The notes beneath the pieces were generated by a model. That model was not told where the DNA came from. It made no database searches and saw nothing but the letters and a program-made list of their open reading frames with translations. A stretch of 64,000 nucleotides of DNA from Anolis carolinensis. Lineage: Eukaryota. The stretch spans positions 169,462,897 through 169,526,896 of the forward strand of contig NC_085845.1 in the NCBI RefSeq assembly GCF_035594765.1, in the 5' to 3' direction. Both the position numbers and the translations under genes were made by a program. Shown here one piece after another: positions 52,903-63,177 of the stretch (within the stretch, counting starts at the first letter, position 1; every line of letters starts with the position of its first letter).

Positions 52903-53617
52903 GGCTGGATCTACACTGCCATATAATCCAGTTACTGAAACTGCTTTGAACTGCATTATATGAGTCTACCCTATCATATAATTCAGTTCAAAGCAGATGA
53001 TGTGGATTCAGAAACTGTTTTATATGGCAGTGTAGATGGTGCCTTAGATCTCTTGATGAATAACAGCATCGAATACAGGTCACTAGAGTACAAGAATAAT
53101 TATTACACCACATAAACTGCTTTTAAACATGACCTGGCCACTTTTTGAAAGCAGAATGCTGCACTTGACAGGGCTCGGAGGCTCCTTCTACACTATCACA
53201 AAATCCAGATTATCAAAGCAGATAATCCACATCTGCTTTGAACTGGATTATATGAGTCTACACTGCCTATACAGTTCAAAACAGAATATCTGGATTCAGA
53301 AACTGAATTACTGTATATAGCAGTGTAGATGGGGCCTTAGATCCCTTGCTGAATAATAGCATGGAATACAGGTCACTAGGGTACAAGAATGATTACTCTG
53401 CATAAACTCCTTTAAAATATGAATTGGCAACTTTGTGAAAAAAGAATGCTGCATGTGACAGGGCTTGGAGGACCTTTCTACACTGCCACACAATCCAGAT
53501 TATCAAATCAGATAATCCACATTATTTGCTTTGAACTGGATTATATGAGTCTACACTGTCATATAATTCATTTCAAAGCATATAATCTGGATTTTATATG
53601 GCAGTGTAGAAGGGGCC
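52903..53617. repeat. ~293-bp tandem duplication containing CTACACTGCCATATAATCCAG-type MITE units
   Basis: GCCTTAGATC..GAATACAGGTCACTAG.. recurs at 53041 and 53334. Confidence 0.8.
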
Positions 53618-55959
53618 AGAGTTTCATGCAACACACTCAGAAATAAGTGTAAAATCAAATCACATAAAAATAGTTTATTCAATTGTTGGATATGAACTAC
53701 AAATAACTATAAAATAATATTACAATTCATATTTTTGGTACAAAACACAGCTCAAGCAAACATCTTTTAAAAATAATAAAAAAAGACATGCAATATAAAT
53801 GTGCTGTTCATTACTAGAGTGTAAAGCACCACAAAGATACAGGGTTTATTGTATGACATGATATGTTAGATAGGGATGGCATTATTCCGAAAAACTGGAG
53901 AAACATCTGCCTGTGGAATTAAATGTGCTTACAGTGTAATTCACTCTGTGTTCACATCATCAGCCATTCACACAAGTGCTGACAATGCTGCCTTGTTTCA
54001 TGCCAGATTGATTTTATCGGAGTAAAAACAGCAGTTCTTTCTCTCGACTAATATAATTATTCCACTAGGATGTGATAAAATGACTGTGTCATGTAAGGGT
54101 GTGTGTGTGTGTGTGTGGAATAGCTGCTTTTATTGAAATAGAAATGAAATAATAATTGTAATTGGCAATAAACTAAGAATAGTACAATAAGTTATTCCTT
54201 CTGATTTCATACTAAATACTAGACACTAGAGGGGTATATGACTAGATTAATTTTGGACTCTGGATTGGTGGACTCACCAAGCAGTTTTATTCAACTGGCT
54301 TAAGTTTGGAGTGCCCTGATAGGATTCAGTTTTTAATACAAGATATGATTCATAACTTTCTGAAATCAGCAAACTGGAAATTAACTTCTCAACATTTAAT
54401 GAAAATGCTCAAAAACACTAAGCCCTTTCAAATTTCAAACAAATATGTGGCAGGAGTTGCTACATATCTTTAATTAAAAAAACAAAAAACAAATAGCATT
54501 GGAGAAAATTCACTAAAGAATTCTCTTTATGAAGGGAATAAGTCCAAAGTTTGTTCAAGAGCAGCTTTCAGGGATTGGGTGTTTCGAAACAAAGAGGAGC
54601 TAAGATTTTTGGCCCACTGTTGTTATGAAAATATAGAAGCCCTAATTAAGAAACCTGAGATATTTCAGAAGGGTAGAACACACCTTTTTCAGTGAAAGGG
54701 GTGAACATATTTGCAGTAGGGAAGGATACACTATCTATTGTGGCACTTTATTTTTGCCTTTTGTTTTGGTCAGTTTGTATAAAAATGATACATCCTACAA
54801 AGATATCCCTGTAACATGGAAACTACAGTGAATGCAAAACACTTCAATACATTTTAAAAAAGATTTCTGCACAATTGGCACCAAAGTTATGCAAAGGGGT
54901 GGATGATGGATTGATGTGGATCCATTTTTCAAACAATAATCCAATGCTACATTTTTCCAGGTTTTTTACATTACAAAATCTCTTTTAATTATTTTTTCCT
55001 GACAGAACTACCAACTACTGAACAGTGGAAAATTTCTGCAGTGTATTATTTCCACATAAGCAATGCCATCACCCTGATAGAATGTTTAATTGAGATTGGA
55101 AGATGGAACTGTTAATTCCAAAATAATCCCTGCTTTTCTTCATCGGTGATGTTTTTTTACACAGAGAATATGAGGGAAACACACTGAATACCTGCAGAAT
55201 TTGACTGTGTATGTATACACAGTCAAATTCATCCACTTTGGAGGAGACTTGCTTTCGCTCAGACATGTCTCAAAATGATCTGATCCCCTTCCTGGTTTGG
55301 GATTAATCTGAACCTGAAGCACACCCTTGGTAAATAATAGTTTCATTGACTCAACAATAAAATATAGTTGAAGGTTAGTTATGTGCAAAACCTTGAAACA
55401 GAAACTGTATCCAAAGGTCAAGAAAGTAGCATTATGCTAGTATGTGTACTTGAACAAAAAGAATGATTATTTCTGTAGAGATCATTTGCAGTGTAAATCC
55501 AGCTGGAGTTAACTTTGAAGGCACATAACAAGCACAGAAAGGAAGTTAGCCTTAACCTGACTTTTCAACATTGAATTTTTAATACCCTGGCCTTTCAATG
55601 TCAAAAGAACCATTCTCAAATGTTATTCTGAAATGTAGTGTCCTTTAACTTCAATGCATTTATGTAGATAATGTAAAGAATCCTTACCAGAGGAAACACG
55701 TCTACACTGCCTTATATCCCAGGATTGATCCTGGATTATCTGCTTTGAATTGGATTATATGAGGCACCTTTCACACAGCTGAATAAAATCCCACATTATC
55801 TGCTTTGAACTGGAATCTATGGCAGTGTGGACTCAGATAACCCAGTCCAAAGCAGTTATTGTGAGATTTTTCTGCCTTGATATTCTGGGTTATATGGCTG
55901 TGTGGAAGGGCGCTGAATCTACATGGCCAGATAATCTGGGATAAGCAGATAAATTGGGA

Positions 55960-56300
55960 TTTATTTATTTATGTATTGTGTCAGAAGCGAGTCGAGGGTA
56001 CAGTTGTAATGTATTTAAAAATGCAAACACTTTTTAAAAAAAAACAACACAAAAAACTTGGCATTATACTAAATTTGACCAGTAGCTGGCCACTTGGAGT
56101 GTCTCTAGTGTTGCTATAAGAAGGTCCTCCATTGTCCATGTGGCAGGGTTTAGACTGGTCAGTGGTTTGATCTTCTCCACACTCGCATGTCGTGGACTCC
56201 TCTTTGTGGCCCTATTTCTTAAGGTTGGCTCTGCATCTCGTGGTGCCAGAGTGCAGTCTTCCAAGTCGACATCAAATGCATGTCAGCTGCCAAAGAACAG
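55960..56300 (-). mobile_element. Vingi (Ingi-related) LINE 3' fragment
   Basis: C-terminal ..TCECGEDQTT..LNPATWTMEDLLIATLETLQVASYWS..; 3' end CTCGACTCGCTTCTGACAC + (TAAA)n. Confidence 0.7.
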
Positions 56301-57427
56301 CTGCTTTATTTGGAATCAGATCCTGGGATATAGGACAGATCCAGCCCTAGACCACCCTTAGGAGACAGTTGCATTGAGAGTGATGCTGGGAAACTGAGTA
56401 AATAAATCAGGGTGGGGATCATATAGCTTTCCAGGTGTTGCTGGATAGCAATTCCAAGCATTGTCACAGCTATCTGGGGCTACTGTGAATTACAGTCAAC
56501 ACTATCTAAAGAGCCACATGATTTCTACCCTTGGATTAAAGTGTTGTACATTATTACAATATTACAATGAAGACTAGCTGCCTCTAGTTACTTCCTTCAC
56601 ATATTATTCAGATTATTTTGTTTCTCTTGGAGTTTAATCTTCAAATACTGACTCTAAATGTACAAAAATGCATACCTGGGTTGTGGATGTGGGACATTTC
56701 CTGACACATTATTTTGTAAGGGATACTTCAATGAGATGGCTGGATATTTTCTGGTTCAAATTTGATTGGACTATAAAGTCATTAAAGAGTAGGCTACTGT
56801 TCTCCCACCTTTATCTCCATCTGTGATATGGATATAATAAAGCCAGCCTACCTCATCAGGCTGTTGTAACTAACCTTCATATACACAAACTATTCTGAAT
56901 ATTTAAATGGTGTCATATAAATACTATTATCATTCTTGTGAGTGAATATATTTACCATGCTGCACAATTCACAGCATAGTCTTCTCAACAATAAATCTTA
57001 AAGTAACTGCAATATATAGATATTGTAGGATACAAGAAAAAAGATGGTGATACACAGATCCCTCTCATGTATCAAGAAGCTGCAATTTCAAAATAGAGAA
57101 CCACAGCACTATTTTGAGTCTCAGTCAATGTCTGAAAAAAATATGATAGCCTATTGAAAATACACCTTCTACTTGGGTAGACTATGCATGATTCTTTGGG
57201 ATGTTGTGGCTATTTTATGATTCCCAAGAAATACTACATTGGGGGCATGGCTAACCCACAATATACTTTTAACTGCAATTAAATATTCCAGAGATAAATA
57301 TGAATTCTTTGGCAACTGTGTTGTTTGGAAGAACAATCCATAAGGGCAGCAAAACTGCTGGAAAAATGAACCTGATATCCATTTTTTCCTAAAAAATAAA
57401 AAACCACTTCAAAAGTAGATGCTTTTC

Positions 57428-58219
57428 TTACCACCTTTCTCCTCTCTTTGGACTATCCAGCCATTCCTTTCTCACCTCTGCAATCTCCTGACCATACCAA
57501 TCATGCAATTTTGAGAAACATGTTGTCTCGGGAGACACAGGACTTTCTTGCCCAGGAGAGGCAAGGCCAGAAGCGATGCCTCCACTCACGTTGCTGCCTG
57601 TGGGTTTGCGACGCGGAGGCAAAGGAGGAGGTTTTAAATGTTCCAAAGAGACAACGTCTGTAAAAGTGCAGCCACTATCCCACGTGGAAGACCCATTCTC
57701 TAAGATGACAGGGTGCTCCTTGACTGGTACCATGGCCGGATTGGAGAGATGTCTCTTGCGCACAGAGGTGGCTTTCTTGGGTAATTTGTGGCAGGTGACT
57801 AAACTCTTCCGGGCCTCCTCCAGTTGTTTTTCGAGTTCCTTAACTACTAGCCTCATGTAATCAAAGCTGGCTCGAGACAGTGCCTTCACCCAAGCCTCCA
57901 TAGCCGCTTGGCAGTCAGCAACCAACACATAAGCCTTGCCCCCAGCGCCATCAAAACAGATGGCGAAGGCAAACTCCTCAGCAGCCTCACACAGCTCCAC
58001 AGTGCAACCCTCGAGCACAATGAGACCCAGCGGCTCACGGCTCTCCCGGTCTTCAAAATAGAATAGCAAGTTGCCCTTCAGGATGAACCAGCGGCGATGG
58101 TAAGAAGTGGTGTGGTGATGGTGATGGTGTCGCTCCACACGTTTGCACAGAAAGCCAGTATGGTCTACTGGAGAGTTACATGTGGCATAATGTGCCACGC
58201 TACGTTCATTCAGCTTCAT
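57428..58219 (-). CDS. PHETA2: Sesquipedalian-2 / PH domain endocytic trafficking adaptor 2 (FAM109B), single coding exon, 263 aa
   Basis: MKLNERSVAHYA start, PH domain (RRWFILKGNLLFYFE..LEGCTVEL..AWVKALSRASF), coiled coil, PPPLPPRR, F&H motif CFSKLHDWYGQEI. PHETA2 rather than PHETA1 by adjacency to SMDT1/NDUFA6. Confidence 0.93.
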   Translation of the reverse strand: MKLNERSVAHYATCNSPVDHTGFLCKRVERHHHHHHTTSYHRRWFILKGNLLFYFEDRESREPLGLIVLEGCTVELCEAAEEFAFAICFDGAGGKAYVLVADCQAAMEAWVKALSRASFDYMRLVVKELEKQLEEARKSLVTCHKLPKKATSVRKRHLSNPAMVPVKEHPVILENGSSTWDSGCTFTDVVSLEHLKPPPLPPRRKPTGSNVSGGIASGLASPGQESPVSPETTCFSKLHDWYGQEIAEVRKEWLDSPKRGERW

Positions 58220-59103
58220 CTTCTAATATTATTTTGCAAAGTGAAATGAGAGGAAATGTACAGACCTGCTCCTGGAGGAGATTACTAATCCAGCTAGTAC
58301 TTCATATACACTAGAGCTGCTGAAACAGCAAACCTTTCACAGCACAGATATCAGGGGGGCTTTCCTTTCATGCACCAACTCATGGAGGAATAATCTTTCT
58401 TTCTTCTTTACTAGGCTATTGATGCATCACTGACATCAGAACAGGCTGGCAGATAAGTGTTTTCCTTTTCATCCCTATCACATGATGTTAGTGAACTGGC
58501 CAAACAGAAAATGACTTTCACGCCTAGAAACATCTGACAACGGCCCATATCTGAGTGTTTGCCTACTTCATTAAACTGTTCAGTCTTTTTTACTTATTTC
58601 TTATCATGATAAAACTGAGTCCAACTGAGTCAAGCCTTTGCAGATGTAAACATCCTTGTTTGTGTAGACATTGACTGTGTAGATAAGAAAGAGTGCAACA
58701 GTGATGTTGATTCTGTTGTTATCCAGCTATTTCCCAGTCTTGAAGATTTCAGTGACTTCATTTCTCTCTGCAACCAATGTTGGTCTGTGCAAAAATGTGG
58801 AGATTCAGCTGAAATAGATAATTGACATTTCCATTGTAAAATATGTTGAGAGAGAGAGAGAGAACGAGAACGCAAATGCAGGATAGAACCCACAAACTCA
58901 AGAACTTTCTGTATGCTTTTGTGGAAATTTGTTGTTTGGCTGCTGCAGTTTCAAGCTAACTTTGAATTGCATTAAATGGTCAAAATAGATAGGGCCCAAG
59001 ATGACCCTATCACAGGACTTTCTGAGGCTGAGAGGATGTAACTTGTCCAAGATCACCCAACGGGGTTCCTGTGGCTGGGTAAGGATTCAAACTCTGTTCT
59101 CTT

Positions 59104-59305
59104 GAGTCACCATGCTGGTTCCCACCTTTAGGTAGACCTAGGAGATAATACCTTGAAGAGAACCACCCCCATCCATAAGTCTAACAGACAAAACCAGCAT
59201 CCAGAGTCACCATGCTGGCTCCCACCTTTAGATAGAACTAGGAGATAATACCTTGGAGAGATCCCCCCCCCCCCCCCCCATACATCTAATCGTAGACAAA
59301 ACCAA
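59104..59305 (+). repeat. ~100-bp tandem duplication
   Basis: GAGTCACCATGCTGG..CCCACCTTTAG..CTAGGAGATAATACCTTG..AGACAAAACCA occurs twice. Confidence 0.85.
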
Positions 59306-59346
59306 GTTAAATAAACAGCAGTCTAGGTCAAAACCATCTAAGAGGA

Positions 59347-59606
59347 TTTCTCCAGAGGTTCTGAAAGCCAAGTATGGAAAAAGTGGCTTGTAGAGGAGGG
59401 TTTTTTTGTGATTGGCTTCATTTGAGAGGAAATTGTACTTGAAGGCACATCACAAGAACACACTTAGGGCATTACATGGCTCTTCCCCTTGTTGATTCAA
59501 AGTATCTTAAGAGTTTATGTACATTTGATGCCACTTTCACTACCAAGGCTCAATGCTATGAAATCTGGGGAGCTGTACTTTTTAGCCTTCTCTGTCAAGC
59601 TACAAC
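59347..59606 (+). repeat. Local ~260-bp duplication; empty-site copy of 60738-60921 + 62119-62194
   Basis: High identity across the junction; single ATTTGATG at 59523-59530. Confidence 0.9.
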
Positions 59607-59948
59607 AGCCTCTCCAACTAAGCCAAGAAAAGTTCAATATCTATCCTCCAATATCTATCCTCTAGACTGCACCACTATCTTATGACCCTGTTATTTGTGG
59701 TTTTTATTCTTATTTCTTTCTCACCCCGAGTTTTAACTTAGTGTTCATGTGGCCCGCCCTTGTTTTTATTGTTCCCCTGATTTTGCGTTGTAATGTATAT
59801 TATTATCTATTGTATTGTTCAATGTGTTATGATGTGTTGTTCTTTTATATTCTGTCATATTGTATTGTTCTGGGCATGGCCCCATGTAAGCCGCCCCAAG
59901 TCCCCGTTGGGGAGATGGTGGCGGGGTATAAATAAAGTTTTTTTTAAA

Positions 59949-59994
<46 letters not shown>
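59949..59994. repeat. (ATT)n microsatellite following an L2-like tail
   Basis: Direct inspection. Confidence 0.9.
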
Positions 59995-59997
<3 letters not shown>

Positions 59998-60921
59998 CAC
60001 AAACAGGAATATCTTCCTACACCTCTTTAGCAAGCAGAAAGCGAACTGGCAGCATCCCTTGGGAGGTTCTCCTGTATATAGAGCCCCAGGCAGCAGATAC
60101 TGTAGGGTGCAACATGAAGTTTGATCATTGGGCCCCTCAACTAGTTTGCTAAGGCCGAAATGCTTTTGAGAAAGAGCTTTTCAAAGTTTTTTCAAACTCA
60201 TGAGCTTGCCTAGGTTTCTTTAGGGCATCTGGAGCTGGGTCTACATTGCCATTTAGTGTAGTTTGGAACGGCATTATATGGTGTAGTGGAGACATGGTAA
60301 TGCAGTTAAACCATTATATGGATTTACACTGAATTATGAGACAGTGCAGATCCAGCTTGGGACAGAAGATGGTTTGGAAGTCAAGGCCGAGCCACCTATT
60401 TAAAAAAAACAGTTTTGAAAATGTTTAAATGTGAAGTAAGGAGTCTTACCTTGCTGAAATATTGGAGATCTAACGCTCAGGATTCAATCTGATCATCAGT
60501 TAGTTGTCTCCGCTTTCGTTTTGGTTGTCTCAGTAGTTTTTTCCCCCTCTCCTCTTCCTTTTCTCTCTGGCTATTATTGGTGTGGATGTTTATAGTGCAA
60601 AACCCGGAACATGGGACAGTCCCTGGAATAGCCAATGCAGGACCCTTTGGGGGTAGCTCTTCGGAGATCCAGGTTTTCCAGCAACCTCGCATCAGAGAAA
60701 GCAGATTTCTCTTTCCCTCCCTCCCTCCCTTCCCTCTTTTCTCCAGAGGTCCTGAAAGCCACGTATAGAAAAAAGTGGCTTGTAGGGGAGTTTTTTTTGT
60801 GATTGGCCTCTTTTGAGAGGAAATTATACTTGAAGGCACATCACAAGAACACACTTAAAGCATTACATGGTTCTTCCCCTTATTGATTCAAAGTATCTTA
60901 AGAGTTTATGTACATTTGATG

Positions 60922-62110
60922 CAGGGCCGGCCGGAGATATTTTTTAATGGGAAGCGGGGGTGCTGAAAAGCGCCCCCGCCACCCGCGCCCTGGCCCCGCC
61001 CAGCGTGCCCTGGCCCCGCCTCCCACGCTGCGTGGGAGGCGGGGCCAGGGCGATTAGTGAGGGGGGCGGGGCCACAGTTGGCCCCGCCCCCGCCCAGCGT
61101 GGCCATTTTGCCCTTAGTAACAAACTAAGGGCAAAAATGGCTTATCTGGCTGTGCGCATGCGCACAGCCAGATAAGCCATTTTTGCCCTTAGTTTGTTAC
61201 TAAGGGCAAAATGGCCTAGGTGTGCTGTGCGCACGCGCACAGCACACCTAGGCCATTCGGGCCTGACTTCCTGGTCGCGGCCGGCGACCGCCCGGGCGAT
61301 CGCCGGCCGCGACCAGGAAGTCAGGCCCGAATGGGCTATCTGCGCTGTGCGCACGGGCACAGCGCAGATAGCCCATTCGGGCCTGACTTCCTGGTCGCGG
61401 CCGGCGATCGCCCGGGCGGTCGCCGGCCGCGACCAGGAAGTCAGGCCCGAATGGCCTAGGTGTGCTGTGCGCGTGCGCACAGCACACCTAGGCCATTTTG
61501 CCCTTAGTAACAAACTAAGGGCAAAAATGGCTTCTCTGGCTGTGCGCATGCGCACAGCCAGAGAAGCCATTTTTGCCCTTAGTTTGTTACTAAGGGCAAA
61601 ATGGCCTAGGTGTGCTGTGCGCACGCGCACAGCACACCTAGGCCATTCGGGCCTGACTTCCTGGTCGCGGCCGGCGACCGCCCGGGCGATCGCCGGCCGC
61701 GACCAGGAACTTCCTGGTCGCGGCCGGCGATCGCCCGGGCGGTCGCCGGCCGCGACCAGGAAGTCAGGCCCGAATGGCCTAGCTGTGCTGTGCGCGTGCG
61801 CACAGCACAGCTAGGCCATTTTGCCCTTAGTAACAAACTAAGGGCAAAAATGGCTTCTCTGGCTGTGCGCATGCGCACAGCCAGAGAAGCCATTTTTGCC
61901 CTTAGTTTGTTACTAAGGGCAAAATGGCCTAGCTGTGCTGTGCGCACGCGCACAGCACAGCTAGGCCATTCGGGCCTGACTTCCTGGTCGCGGCCGGCGA
62001 CCGCCCGGGCGATCGCCGGCCGCGACCAGGAAGTCAGGCCCGAATGGCGCCCCTAGCAGCCAGCGCCCGAGGCGGCCGCGTCCGCGGCCGCCTAGTAACA
62101 ACCGGCCCTG
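60922..62110. mobile_element. Non-autonomous hAT-type DNA transposon (1189 bp) filled with a nested palindrome array
   Basis: TIR CAGGGCCGG / CCGGCCCTG; perfect 8-bp TSD ATTTGATG (60914-60921, 62111-62118); subterminal GCGCCC motifs; no coding capacity; very CpG-rich. Confidence 0.92.
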
Positions 62111-62301
62111 ATTTGATGCCACTTTCACTGCCAAGGCTCAATGCTATGAAATCTGGGGAGCTGTACTTTTTAGCCTTCTCTGTCAAGCTACAACTTCCAT
62201 GTTTCCATAGCATTCAGCCAGGATGGTTAAAGTGGGTGCAAACTGCATTCATTCTACAATGGGGATCTACCCTTATTTCCTTTGGTACTGATGTTTCAAC
62301 C

Positions 62302-62470
62302 CAAGCATGGGCAAACTTGGGCCCTCCGGGTGTTTTGGACTCCAACTCCCACCATTCCTAACAGCCTCAGCTTAAGCGGCTGAGGGGGAAAAGGAAAGGG
62401 CCTGAGGCTGTTAGGAATGGTGGGAGTTGGAGTCCAAAACACCCGGAGGGCCCAAATTTGTTCATGTCTG
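62302..62470. mobile_element. Palindromic hAT MITE (same family as 24687-24844)
   Basis: CAAGCATGGGCAAAC..GGGCCCAAATTTGTTCATGTCTG arms. Confidence 0.75.
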
Positions 62471-63177
62471 TTTTGTCTTATCTGGATTTGAAATAGTTGC
62501 AAAACAGCAACACAAAACCTCGTATTAAACAGTTCTTCTATTTAACAAAGGTTTGATTTCTCTTTATAGGACACATAACAATAGAACAACTCTCTGCAAC
62601 CGGAAAGGATTTTCTTCTCTTGCGAAAGGCCTGCTGTATGAAAATATAAACAAAGAAAATGCTGATTTAACACTTTGACTCATTATTTTCACTTACAGTC
62701 ACAAGAGGGCACCACTGTCCCATATGTACAACTGGAGTAAAAAAGGCTCTTCAATCACGAATCAAAGAGTACCAGTTTCCCCAAGTGTATCTAAGACAAT
62801 GGCAGTGAAATAAAAAGACTTTTGCTGACAGTAGAATCAGAACTTTCTAAGTTCTTACCAAACTCCCAACATGGTGTCGTGGGGGAAACGCTGGGCTAGG
62901 GAATTATATAGAAAAGCCTTTGAGATATTTTAGAAATAGAAACCCACTATCCTTGGTATTTGACAAGAATTAGTAATGGGTGAGTGAAAACAACTTTCAC
63001 ATTTTTGGGGCAAACATTATTTCATTGTGGCATACTGCATCAAGGTGGTTTGCAATAATAACTTGGTCTGCAAAAAACAAAATTGCGTCCTTGTTTCATT
63101 TTTCTTCTTCTCTAGGCCTTCACCTTCATTCATTCTTTATGGCTAAAGCAAATTTCCCATTGTAAACAAAGGGCATA

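Noticed and set aside
61101-62047. CRISPR-like array or endogenous AAV/parvovirus ITR
   Set aside because: No unique spacers and no cas, rep or cap genes; eukaryotic context; TIR plus 8-bp TSD identify a hAT shell. The ITR comparison is only a mechanistic analogy.
61142-62056. ORFs on both strands in the palindromic array (up to 206 aa)
   Set aside because: Repetitive peptides identical on both strands; a by-product of GC-rich palindromes.
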